From assembly GCF_001194135.2 (NCBI RefSeq), contig NC_068994.1, positions 15,122,216 to 15,186,215 on the forward strand: DNA of 64,000 bases, written 5' to 3'. Origin of the DNA: Octopus bimaculoides. Lineage: Eukaryota. A program made the position numbers and the translations under genes. Each line of letters opens with the position of its first letter. Within the stretch, counting starts at the first letter, position 1. The notes beneath the pieces were generated by a model, which made no database searches, was not told the DNA's origin, and saw nothing but the letters and a program-made list of their open reading frames with translations. Positions 1 through 11,990 of this stretch are shown in pieces.

Positions 1-517
1 GTATATATATATATATACATGTATATATGTGTGTGTGTGTGTCTTTGTTCCTACCATCATTGTTTGACAACCAGTGTTGGTGTGTTTAAATACCTGTAAC
101 TTGGTTGGCTGATTTTGGGTTCAGTTCCACCTTGTGGCTAACTTGCACAAATTGACCCAAAACCTTATGAGTAAAATTTTGTGTGGAAGTCAGTCAGGAA
201 CTGTCAGGCAATATATATATAATCCATCACCTTGTTTACTTAACACTTGACTTCTGGGTGCCTTCCAAGATATCTACTCTGTTATAAGCATTTAGGCCAA
301 GTCTCAGGTCTTGAAAACTCAAGACATGGATCAGGGGCACCATTCTTCCTTCCTCCATCACCAAAAGTTACCGAAACAAGTCTTATAAATGAAAAGGATC
401 ATTTAGAGTAAGATGACTTGTCCAGTATGTGTGGGGTAAGTAGGCTTGCTTTAAAACCAATCTCAACTCTTTGTTCTCTATTAGATTTTCACTATGTTGT
501 TGCTGGTGTGTGGCACA

Positions 518-668
518 GGTGCAGGCATGACTGTGTGGTAAGAAGCTTGCTTCACAACCACATGATTCCAGATTCAGTCCCACTGCATGGCACCTGGGGC
601 AAGTGTCTTTTACTATAGCCTCGGGCCAACCCAATCCTTGTGACTGGATTTGACAGACAAACTGAAAG
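518..668 (+). mobile_element. tRNA-headed SINE family A, 5' half
   Basis: Matches the 5' half of the full copies at 17563 and 27141 (gattcagtcccactgcatggcacc..gggcaagtgtctt..ctatagcctcgggccaacc). Confidence 0.85.
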
Positions 669-1188
669 GTCACATCAATGAAAATTTGAAGCTATGAAAT
701 AATACACAATTTAATTCAAAACAATATGGATATACATTACATTTGACAGGGTAATCTGCATGCTAAAGGATCTAGTGCTAAGTTTGCATTTCGTGGTTTT
801 AAGCTATTGAGATAAGTCATTGTCAGAGGTAATAGTTTCAGAACACTCAGAACCTGCTAGAAGCCACAAGGTGAACTCAGGCTCATAAAATTTGGTATAT
901 TATCAAAATACTCAGCAAAATACCTATAGTGAATTTGATCTCAAACTGTATTTGATCCACATTCATTTCATATTATACTATATCAGAAACATAAGTTTGT
1001 TTTCTTTTTCTTTTTTGTAATGAAATATTTTCTGTGGCTGCCTGGAGGTTCCTTTTGTTAGTTCACTCATCAAATTCAGTTGTTCTCAACCATTTCTTAT
1101 GTGTGGGCCCCTTTGATTCTTATGTTACTTGAGTGGACCTTCAAAACCATTTGATATTTAAAAAATCCTATTTTTTTATAGCTGCATA

Positions 1189-1651
1189 CCGTAAATCCTT
1201 GAGTATAATCCGCATTTTTTCCCCAAAATTTAAAGGTCAAAATCCCTAGTGCATACTATATACAAGGTTAAAAATGAAAAATATTTTCTAAGCAATGTCT
1301 GAGTCTCTATTTGCTGTCCGGCAATGTTTATTCAGACACATTTTGTGATGTCGGGCACGAAAATACCTTAAGCTGTATTTATTTTTCACTGACGTTATTA
1401 GTTATTTCTTTATTTTCTGCAAACAAAGTGCACAAAAAAACTACACATTTGCATTATGTTATATATACAATAATAATAAAGGACATTACCGTATATATGT
1501 TTACAAACCAAGGACGTTATATCGACCTCCTTCACTCAAGTTAGAGAAGGGGTGCTTATTATACACAAGGTTTAGGTTTTTCAGAGGTACAGCCCGCTAA
1601 AAGTCCCCTGCGTATTATACTTAAAGGCAGACTATACTCGAGGATTTACGG
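1189..1651. mobile_element. Tc1/mariner-superfamily MITE (Tc2/pogo-like CCGTA termini)
   Basis: 25-bp TIRs CCGTAAATCCTTGAGTATAATCCGC (1189-1213) and 1627-1651 match at 22/25. TA dinucleotides flank both sides (1187-88, 1652-53). Confidence 0.85.
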
Positions 1652-2169
1652 TATTAGGAATTGCATTAAAAAATTGTTGATATTTTGTGCATTGTACAAG
1701 CATAACCAGTTCATTGCACATAAATTTTAACAACAAAATTTTATATGAACTCCAGTTGAGAACCATTGATCTGAGGGGATGCGCAATGTTTTTTGTTTTG
1801 TACCTGTATTTAAAAGTGCAATGCAACACCTGTAAGATTGGTGTAAGATTGTGTGATTTTGTGTAGGCAGCAATTTCAACTGTCTGTCAAGGCTTAAAGT
1901 TTCATGTGTTAACGGTAATCTTCAGCTACCATGTATTATGTACTTTAGATTTGATTTCGCCCTGAATTAAATCAGACATTACATTCACTTCTATGCCATG
2001 TGGATTGGATGGTTACATGAATATATTCATAAAGTGTTCAATTATTTTAAAATTTTATTTTCCTAGCATTAGTCACTGTATTGGCAGTTTTGCTGTATTT
2101 AATCTTAATCCAGTACTAAGGACTGTTGTCTTCTTGTTCTTAAGATTCTTCACCAATTACTTCTTTTAT

Positions 2170-2345
2170 CTTTTATTGGACTGCAACCATGCTGGGGCAC
2201 CACACTGAAGGGTTTAATCAAACAAATCAACCCCAGGACTTATTTTTTTAAGTTTAGTACTTGTTCTGTCGGTTTCTCTTACAGAAACCACTAAGTTATG
2301 GAGAAGTAAACAAACCACCACTAGTTGTCGAGTGGTAGTGTGAGA
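2170..2345 (-). mobile_element. SINE family A-like 3' half
   Basis: Reverse complement of the family A tail (aaccatgctggggcacc..aaacaaatcaaccccaggacttat..tagtacttgttctgtcggtttctc..ctaagttatggagaagtaaac). Confidence 0.75.
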
Positions 2346-2383
2346 CTTACAAAGACACACAAATAATATATATATATATATAT

Positions 2384-2668
2384 ATCATTTAACGTCCGCT
2401 TTCCATGCTAGCATGGGTTGGACGATTTGACTGAGGACTTGTGAAACCAGATGGCGACACCAGGCTCCAATCTGATTTGGCAGAGTTTCTACAGCTAGAT
2501 GCCCTTCCTAACGCCAACCACTCTGAGAGTGTAGTGGGTGCTTTTACGTGCCACTGGCACGAAGGCCAATCAGGCGGTACTGTCAACGGCCACGCTCAAA
2601 AGTCCTTACACATGCCGTGGGCACAAGTGCCAGAAAGGCGACGCTGGGCCCAGGTGCCATCACGATTT
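2384..2668 (-). mobile_element. Retroposon family E (aggaagggcatcc core, (GAT)n tail)
   Basis: atcatttaacgtccgctttccatgc…gatgcccttcctaacgccaaccact…gggtgcttttacgtgcc. The same core occurs at 31981-32041 and 40985-41161. Confidence 0.75.
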
Positions 2669-2704
2669 CGTTTTCATATATATATATATAATGGCTTTCA
2701 TACA

Positions 2705-2858
2705 CATTTTCCATCTATCAAATTCTCTCACAAGGCATTGATCAGTTTGCGGCTAGAGCAGAAGACAATTAATTGCCCAAGGTGCCATGTGGTGGAACTG
2801 AACCTAAAACCATGTGGTTGCAAAGCAAGCTTCTTCATCTCGCAGCCATGCCTGCACC
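2705..2858 (-). mobile_element. SINE family A, 5' half
   Basis: Reverse complement of the family A head (gcccaaggtgccatgtggtggaactgaacc..aaccatgtggttgcaaagcaagctt..cagccatgcctgcacc). Confidence 0.8.
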
Positions 2859-3527
2859 TATACTTGTATTTGCTTATTTTGGTGTTGCTACTCTGGTAGA
2901 TATGTAAGCTTGCCATGGTTTTTAAGCTACATTCCTAACAAAAAATAAATAAATAAATAAATGAAATAAAATAAACAGGCAAAAAAGAAAGAAAAAAAGT
3001 TAAGGTGGGGGGCGGGTTGAGAAATGCAGTAAAAGCTTTGTGTGAAGAAGCAAGAAGGTGGTGGTGGAATAAATAGACGAAAAGTCGGATGAAAGGGAAA
3101 GAAAAGGTATATCAGCTGAGTGTGGCTTGGTGGTAGTGTCATAAAAGGTGTGTTAGCGGTAATAAGAAAAAGTAAAACATACTTACCTGGCAGAATAGCA
3201 GTGTCATTATTATTATTATTATTGTTGTTGTTATTTATACTTTTTAAAAATTTAGTCATTACTGAAGTTAACAAAATATAGTCATATGACACATGCTTAA
3301 AAGAAGGAACAATTATCTACATTTTTAATGAATAGCAAATAAGACCAAAAAAATTTCTTTTTTTTTTATTACATTGTTTCATCTGTCAGGGTTTCCTTGT
3401 TTATTTGTGATGGAGGAGTTTAGTGAAAAGTTAAGGAGCTGTAATTGAAGGTGAGAATGATCGTGAAAGGTAACCTTAGGAATAAAGTCATATTGCGTCA
3501 CAATGATATTTATAAATGAATATTTAA

Positions 3528-3731
3528 CACCCTTTTGTTACCAGATTTCTGTTGAAATACACTGACTTTATTCAAATTAATTATGAAAATAATCAAGAAT
3601 TTAGTAAAATAACTTTGTCAAGCATGGTGTTTGGCACATAAGTAAATATAAAATTTTGATTAGCTTTTTAAAACAAAAAATTTGTATCATTGAACTAGGA
3701 AGCAATCTTGGGTGGGTTGGTGTCAAAAGAG
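3528..3731. mobile_element. TTAA-flanked piggyBac-type MITE, family P2
   Basis: TTAA at 3524-27 and 3732-35, with termini (C)ACCCTTTTG and CAAAAGAG. The internal sequence is shared with 22583-22789 and 23027-23391. Confidence 0.7.
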
Positions 3732-5469
3732 TTAAACATTGCCTAGGCGCTTTGAAATCCACTTTATCAAAACATGCTTCATGTATTCTCATTCTGATGG
3801 TGTACACTACTTAGTTTTAAAATAAAAGATGGTGGGGGAAAAAAAGTACTATAGAATTTTGTGGGTATGTTTGCTACCGCTTGAAAAGAAAACATTCAGT
3901 TCTGAGTAGAAATGTTATATACACTAGTGTATTTTAGTTTAATATTTTAAAGGTTTGTTTTTAATTAAAAAAAAAAAGTACTTTGACCATTGATGCTATA
4001 TTTTAAGATACTTTTAATGTTATCAAGTATATATACTCAGTCTCTAAAATTCATTTCTAGCCCTCAACAAGCATAGAAAATATATGAAAATATTACATCA
4101 TTCAATTGACCAGTCAATAAAAGTGAACATTTGTTTGTAATGTGAAAAACTTAAAATGAATTCATTGAACATAGAACACTGACTCTTGAAATCCAATATG
4201 GATTAAAATATAACCTTTTATGTACTCATTGATATGAAGAAATGCAGACCAGTATTGGAAAAAAACATTTGACACTCAACAAATGAACCATTGAATAGTC
4301 AGGAATAAATGGGTAGAAAGGACGGTGCATACTTACATACATGCGTATGGTTGTTATATTTTAATATGTATATTAAGAAAACAAGTCAGTTGAAATATCC
4401 ACTGAGCAGAAAGAAAATCATTATTTGATTTACTGTTTTCATTACTGTTATCATTGTCATATTACTAGCCTTTCAGTTAATTTATATTCTAGTAAAAATG
4501 TTTGGAAATCAATCTTTAACCCTTTCTTTGACTGTAATTAGAACCTTATCAGTCACAAAAATCAGGAATTCCAAAATTAAGGATTCTTTAAAAACATATT
4601 TTGATACTGTTTTCTTCTTTTAATATTCATCATTCAAGAATGATCGATTTCATATACTGTATTTGATGGCATAAAAGATGTGCAGGCATATTAAATGCAC
4701 CCTAATTTCTGCAGCACATATTCAGGACAAAGAATTTTCAGAGCATTAAAGCATGTAATATTTCAAAGCAATCTTGCATATCGGACCTGGAGTGATTTAT
4801 TAAGACATCTTTTTGAGAAAAAAAAAAAGTGTGTTTTATATTCTGTCAAATATATGGTATGGGAATGATTTTAAGCTTTTTGTCATTTTGACGGGATTCA
4901 TTAAATTGATTATACCCTTAAACCTATGACACAGCTCCACATCCCTCAAAATTGACACTTTTGAAAATCGTACAAATGTGAAACTGGTTAAGTGCATTAA
5001 TATTTATATAAATAAATATTCTTATACACTCTTTGTGCATGTTCAGCTTCATTTACCTCTTTGTAATATATATAAAATACTATAAATTTCATATTTTTAT
5101 ATTCTATTTCTCCATTCAAATCTAGGTTGGATAGCTTTGCATGATTATAAAAGATCTCAACTTTTATTATCAAATTAACCTGTCTTGTTTTAATAAAACA
5201 ATAAACTCCAAGAAAACTAGTAACATATGATAGCAAAAAATAATCCTAATATTTACTACTTTAGTAGTCGTTTTCACAGGTTATTGATAGAACCTCTGCA
5301 CTTTTACTCTGAACACAATTCCCATTTCTATGATTGTTCACTTATCTACTTTTCCTTTTTCACAAACTATTTAGTGCAGCTTTCATTTCATTTCTCTTGA
5401 CCTTTTAGCTGCTATCTTTCCTAATCCTCTCGTCTCTTTCAAAAGAGACAAAAACTTGGCATTATCTTA

Positions 5470-5731
5470 ATTAGAAACTGTCCTTCATGTAAGACTTAGT
5501 TTGTTACTTTTAAAGGCTCCTTTTCTGCATATATAAGTGAAACTGGGCATTGCTTAGGCGACCATTTTTACATACACTGTCTTGGTCTTCATAATAACAC
5601 CCAAGCAATCTCTAAACCCAAAGTTAAACATTTTAATTTGCCATCACAGCTCACCTTTTCATTTGCAAACATGAAGATAAACTAGGTTCTTCCTAGATAA
5701 CAGGTGTTAGTGAACATTTTACATTCTCTTA
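5470..5731 (+). pseudogene. Penelope-like element GIY-YIG endonuclease remnant
   Basis: From 5515 the frame reads GSFSAYISETGHCLGDHFYIHCLGLHNNTQAISKPKVKHFNLPSQ, resembling PLE YIGETGRxLxDRFxEH…SKPVxxHFNLP. It ends in VSEHFTFS*, compared with GINERFSF*. Confidence 0.7.
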
Positions 5732-6022
5732 ATTGAACTATATCTCCCCACTACCACCACCACCACTTCTGAGTAAGTAATATCCCACCATCACGTCCTG
5801 TACTTGTTTCTGTTGTTCTTTGCTCTCGGGTTAGCCTTGATTCAGTCCTGTTAGATCAGAATCTTTCTGGCAATGATTGTTCAATGAGTCCTTAGTAATT
5901 AAAATGTTGACTTTTGATTAGAAAGTGATTTGGCTGTTGTTTCTGGCATGTTGATAACATCATTTATCGCTGTACATGGATGTTATATTTGTCTGTGCAT
6001 ATTTGTGTATGTATGTATTATA

Positions 6023-6255
6023 CAAGGTTGGCCAAAAGTCACCTGACAGTAAATCAAAACCATTTAATTCCAAGATTTATTTATGTTTAACAACTGAATG
6101 AATTTAATAAAAGCATCTAAATATGAAATATCATGAAAATTGCTCAAACTGAAGTCCTTCTTGAGCAACACATTTTTCCATTTTAGTCAATACAGAATTA
6201 CAGATAGTATTTATGGAATTTTGGTTTACCGTCGGGTGACTTTTGGCCGACCCTG
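6023..6255. mobile_element. Tc1/mariner MITE
   Basis: 31-bp TIRs (6023-6053 CAAGGTTGGCCAAAAGTCACCTGACAGTAAA and 6225-6255) match at 27/31, and all mismatches are transitions. TA lies at the left flank. Confidence 0.85.
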
Positions 6256-7454
6256 TTATATTAAAGTAATATGTATTAGTTTGTCTTTCCGATATTCTCT
6301 GATATCACATTCAATTTCATAAGTGGCTGAGAACATCTTATTAAACTAAAAAACATATATTCATACATACATAAGCAACTATGTATGGATACACACACAC
6401 ACTAACATATAGATGTAAATACAAACAGATATATGCATAAATACATCTAACATATTTACAGAAATACAAATACAAGACAATGTACTAAAATATTGTCATG
6501 CAGTGGGATAATTTATAACTGCTACTTTTGATACTGGTTGTCCAGTGTTGTTATTTCAATTACTAAGATACACTGAAGTAAGATAAATCTACAGAGAAAA
6601 ATTTAGTGAAATACTGTGAAAGACAGACAGTGAGTGAAAAATGTGTGTGTGTGTGTGTGACAGCTTGCACCTTATATCCATATCTGGTTATTCAAATTTC
6701 TTGTTTTTGATCACAAGACTTGATCTGAAGGGTGATATAGGTAATTCCTTTGTTTGGAATATATAGACAAGTGTGGGAAATCTGTGTGGTGATAGTAGGT
6801 AGTTAGAAGCAGAGAAAGAAAATCATACATTTTTTTAGTAGTCATCAGAGAGAGTGGGTGGAAAGGCTTTTATTGACGCCTATGTGCTGGTTGACCTTTG
6901 GAGTTATCCTGAGAGCTGGTGATAAATTGTAAGGCGGCAAATTGTGAGATCAAGTGCCCATTTTCACTTCAGTTATACGCATTTCTGTGAAATTTTAAAA
7001 CAGCTAGTGTTATAGAGGGTTCAAAATTGTTATGACTATGTAGTCATGAAGTTATATAAGAGTAAATACATATATGATTGTCGAATCAGGACTTTTTTTT
7101 TCAAGTGTACCAGAATTATGCAATATGAAATTACCTCTGGAATAAAGTATCAATCTAAAGATTATGAAATTCATGAAATCATTGGCATGTCTAAAAGTAA
7201 AGAATCAAAATTAGGTTAAAAACCGAGGCATACTATAATTATACTTTGTATGTAGCTGAGCAGTTCGTGTGTGTGTGTAAATATGTGTATGTGTAGTATA
7301 AGTATTTGTTGGAAATAAGCATCAATAAGTACCCCTTTTCCAATGATTACAAGAAAAAACCTTAATTTTCTGTTACATTTTCCTCTAACCACTGACTGTG
7401 TGCACTTGGGTTTCCTATACATTTGTCTAGATATTCTGAATAGATCATCTAAAC

Positions 7455-7758
7455 TAGTGCTACTCAAAGTCGTGGTCTGCAGGCCAGTACCGGTCTGCAA
7501 GTCATCAGCTGCCGGTATGCAGCAAGTTTCCAGAAAAGAAACGAACATTATAAAATGTTTATCAAATGCTTATGTAATATTGTATTATTTGTTTACAAAA
7601 TAAATATAAGATAAAAAAAAATTGTCAACTTTTATTATATTCATTATATATATTGTTTCCAGTATAAATTAATATTACTGAGAAATATTACCGGTCCCTG
7701 GCACAATGGGGAAAAAAAAACTGCTGCTATGCTACATCAGATAGTTTGAGAAGCACCG
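7455..7758. mobile_element. hAT-Charlie-type MITE, copy 1
   Basis: Termini TAGTGCTACTCAAA…TTTGAGAAGCACCG with a degenerate 8-bp TSD (atctaaac / atcttacc). Colinear with 45010-45298. Confidence 0.85.
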
Positions 7759-8049
7759 ATCTTACCACTTTGTATCCAGTCTAATGGTTGAGAATGTGAA
7801 ATTCAAACAACTAGATGTGAGGTATCAGTGTGTGCTGTTTTGAAATTCATGCCTGCATCTATGTACACTATATGAAATTTCCTGGTTTTTCAGATTTCTC
7901 ACAAGTGGAGAGTCATTTTCTGACTGACAAAACCGATTCTAATGGTAATTTAGACATTAGCAGGGTAGTTTTGTATGTGTACATGCATATATGCATGCAC
8001 ATAAAAATGTATGGGTGCAATGTGAATGTCATTGCATATGCAGATCTTA

Positions 8050-8540
8050 TTACATGGTGAACTTCTTGGATGTTTTATACATGTTCCTTTGATAGCTTGT
8101 TTCTGTAACCTTCTGATAAGGTAGTTTCTTTCTGGTTTTGTAAAACCCAGCTTCTCTCGATAGGTAGTGATACAATCAGTCACATAACCAAATATCCCAA
8201 TAATTATTAACAGAAATCTAAAATTACAGAAGTAACTACAAATTTCACGAGCACAGCATTGATATTTTCTGCCTTTCATTGATCTTTAAACATTACGTGG
8301 ATATCTGCTGGGCAATTGATTTCAACATCTGTGCATTGTTACTTCCCTCTGTCCCAGATTGTTATGTCTCGTCTGTTACGCATGCATTTTATGGAAGTCT
8401 TTACAAGGTTATTTCACCAGTGTTCTTTCATATTTGTGGTTATATCCTCCACATCACAGTAGCTTCTTGTGTATTTGTTTCCTCAGGACTTTCCTGCATA
8501 ATCCTGTTCTTCATATAATATTCTTGCCAGGACACCATGA
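8050..8540 (-). pseudogene. Remnant of the restriction-like endonuclease domain of an RLE-type (R4/Dong/NeSL-like) non-LTR retrotransposon
   Basis: The minus strand reads …EHW*NNLVKTSIKCMRNRRDITIWDRGK*QCTDVEINCPADIHV…, then after a frameshift IIIGIFGYVTDCITTYREKLG…LIRRLQKQAIKGT. This resembles HNRPDI..D…C..IE(V/I)xxPxD and IPIVIGALG…LQK.ALLGT. Confidence 0.65.
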
Positions 8541-10146
8541 ATATATGTGTGTATGTATACATGCGTTTGTGTGTGTGCATATATGGGGACTTGTATGTGT
8601 GTGTTTGTATATGTACATAGTTATGTGTATATAGTGGGTGTATTTATATATACAAAGTGGTGTATGTACATATATGTGTTTGTATATGTATACTTACATA
8701 TGTACATACATATAGCACTTAGGTATTATCTTAAAGATAGCATTTTGGCAATAACCTAGGCTTTTAAAAATAGATTCTTCGGTTTATACTTAGGCATAAG
8801 AAGTAGGATTAGTGACAAAATGCTTCGTTAACAGAATAAATTACCAAGCAAACCTAAGACTCATTGATGTAGGTGATTGGCTATAAACATACATAGATAT
8901 TGTTTAGCCTGCAGATGTGCTCCAGCTAAATGGATATGTAGGAAAAAAATCTTATAGCCATGATTATCTGTTTATATACATACCAAGTACCATAGTTTTT
9001 AAAGTGACCTTTCTTTTAGAATGCGTTTAATGTGCGATTTATTGCAATTAAGCTCCTATTTGTAAATAGTCAACTACATAGTGGCTCCTCTAGTTGTCCT
9101 TCAGTCTCATATTAGACCTGTGTATATACTATATCTAATTTTTTAAAATTTAATTTTTTTCTTTGTTTAAAAATAAAATGTTATAATATGTGATTTTGAT
9201 GGAGACTTGGCTGCTGTTTTTAGTATTTTAAAGTACTGCATGGCAGCTCCTTCGTTGGTTCATGGGTATTTTATTTATTGTTTGATTCCAGATTATCCCT
9301 AACTAAACATAACTTATGATAAAAGGCCTTGCACTGGTGCTTACTCTTGTTCCTTTGTCATTCACAGAACGCAGGACATCAAGAGCTATATCTCCTAATG
9401 TGTCTTACTTTCCTTCATGGTGGGGTGTAATTTTACCTGTCTAAAAACCAAATGTTATTTGTCTTTGTGTCCCATTACTGACCAGTTTCAGAAATAGAGA
9501 TCAGTGAAATAAACTGAAATACAAAGGGTTAGGTTGATGTTGAATAAAACTGTGAAAGAGAAGCCCCAGCAGGGATCGAGTCCGATGGTTATAACAAGTG
9601 AAAGAATGAATAAATGTATATGCGTATGTAAATATGACAAAGAAAGATGGAGAAGTTGGGGGAAATTATTTTGAGTATGCACGAGATGATTTTGCAAGGT
9701 ATTTCATAATATATGCTTGTGTGTGTGTGAGAGAGAGAGAAAGCAGGAGGAAGAGAGACAGTTGGACTAAGTCTGAATATATTTGATGGCTATGTTTGCT
9801 GCAGTGGAAAGTGGATAACATCCAGTTTGCTTAAATGAGTGCCTAGGAATTCTTCCAAACACATGCATACATGCCCAGACACTCATACATACAACGAACA
9901 CAAATGTTGAAAATATATACATTGCACTAACACTTCTTTCTTCCACTGCCGTCGTTCTACTTCTGTCTTCCCATCTTGTATTGTTTACTTTAATTTTTGC
10001 TACTATTGTGCAGGAGATGTGACATTTAGATCTACTGTCGTGATGTGATTGTAGAATTCAGAATTACTCTGAGATAACCATGCACAGACTACTAAATAAT
10101 TTTATCATAGATGTGTGTATCATTCTATCACATATGTGTTTGTCTA

Positions 10147-10159
10147 TACATACACACAC

Positions 10160-10233
<74 letters not shown>

Positions 10234-10290
10234 ATACACACACACATATAGTTACACACACACACACACATGTATGTATACATGCACACA
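10147..10290. repeat. Compound (CA)n/(TA)n microsatellite
   Basis: Directly visible. Confidence 0.95.
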
Positions 10291-10625
10291 CACAGAGGCA
10301 TGGCTATGGTTGAGGAGTTTGCTCCCCAACCATTTGGTCATGTGTTCAGTCCCAATGTGTAGCACTTTAGGCAAGTGTCTTCTATAGACTGAGGTTGAAA
10401 AGGGCCTTGTGAGTGGATTTGGTCAACAAAAACTGATAGACATGTGTGTTTATGTTACTTTAGCTAGACATCATCATGCAAGTTTCCAATTGCCCATGAA
10501 AACCTGTGAGGATTGGTGACAAAGAGGGCATTCAGTCATAAAAAAATCTGCCTGAAACAAATTTCATTTGACCTATGGGATGGATACACAGAAAAGTGGA
10601 CATTTAAACAGAAGTGATGATGTTA
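10290..10625 (+). mobile_element. Degenerate SINE A head followed by a family E-type tail
   Basis: ggcatggctatggttgaggagtttgctccccaaccat..gttcagtccca..cactttaggcaagtgtcttctatag, then gaaaagtggacatttaaac..gatgatg. Confidence 0.6.
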
Positions 10626-11339
10626 TAAACTTTGTTCAAATCATCAGCCAAAAAAAAAAGAAAGGAAAAAAAGATTGCCGGATAATCCAGCTTTTGAAGA
10701 GTATTAGATTCTACAGATTTTACTATGCATTTTCTTATGGTTAAAATTATTTTACTTCTTTATACATACACACACTGTTGTACATCTGTTGGTATTTCTG
10801 TATAATGCTTCCCTGTTGTCTTCTTTTACTCTATCCTCTCTTCAGATTATCACCACTTCCTCTGCTAACACTTGTTACCTTTACTCCCTCTTCTACTTTT
10901 TCCTCCCATTAATCCTAGTTTATAGTTACTTCATCAGTTGACAATTCTTTTCTGTCATAAAGGGGCCAGCAAGAAATGTTGTATTTCTTTTTCTTCCTCA
11001 CAATATAAATCTTATCTCATTGCTTGTATATCTTGTTCAATATTTTACTGTTTCGGTTTTCATAAACATTCAATATTCTTCTAGCTCCTCAGTGAATATC
11101 TAACAACAATACTTGTTAAAACTAAGTGTAGATGCTGACATAATGAAAAGAAATTCAGAATTTTTCAATTGGTACTCACTTCTCAAATTCTTCCATGTAA
11201 TTATTATATCTATATCCACATAATTTCTCTTTTCATTTCTAGATTTTTCGTGGAGTTAGAGCTTGCCATGATGCATACATGCATGCCAAATGTAAAACTA
11301 TCTTCAGTAAATTCAAACTAACAAGACCATGAACCCTAG

Positions 11340-11990
11340 CCAAGTTTCTTCCATTACCCTCAAAGAATGCACCCCAGACTTAGCTCCCATACTCACCAAG
11401 TCTTTCATCCAAATCTTCTCTCTCTTCATGGATATATCCTGATCTTCGGAAACATGTTATAGTATTTCCTATTCGCAAAAAGTTGTTCTGACAATGTCAA
11501 CTACCATTCAGTCACATTCACTGCCAATATCCCTAAGGTGATGGAGACAGCCATGAATAACAACTTTCTCCAATTTCTTGAATTTCTTCCCCTCTTTCTT
11601 GACTACACGTATAGCTTTCATAAAACCTGGTCCACTGGAGATCTACTTTCCCATATAACTGTTCATTGGGCTCTCACCTTCTGAAAAATTTGGTGAAAGC
11701 AGTGTTGCTGCCCTCACCATAAACAAAGCTTTAGAACATGTCTGGCATGCAAATTTCCTGTCAAAACTGTCTGCTTTTATGTTCTATTCATCTCTCATTA
11801 GCTTCCTGCCAGATCACATTATCATGGCCTGTGCTGCTGGCATTCTCTTCTATTCATGTCTATCAACTGTGGTGTGCATTAGGGTTCAGTCAGCACCACC
11901 CTCTTCATACTCTCCCTCCTGTACATCAGCCTATTTTTTTGTCACTTCCAATGTTCATTCTTACACAGTTCATACCATCCTTCATTTCTC
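11340..11990 (+). pseudogene. CR1/L2-like (Jockey-group) LINE reverse transcriptase remnant
   Basis: Frameshifted segments read ITLKECTPDLAPILTK, FPIRKK, NYHSVTFTANIPKVMETAMNN, YSFHKTWSTGDLL, GESSVAALTINKALEHVWH, INCGVH*GSV and TSNVHSYTVHT. These follow the RT motif order PELAPIL / NYRPISL / GFR..RST / LDISKAFDRVWH / GVPQGS / HSYADD. Confidence 0.8.

Noticed and set aside
2441-2899. 152-aa ORF
   Set aside because: It runs across two adjacent retroposon fragments and a (TA)n tract, and shows no recognisable protein motif.
4516-4990. Possible third TTAA-CCCTTT MITE
   Set aside because: The right end (…aaactggttaa) does not form a convincing TIR with the left, and no second copy is in the window.
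10064-10387. Overlapping ORFs with HT or CV dipeptide runs
   Set aside because: These are translations of the (CA)n microsatellite.
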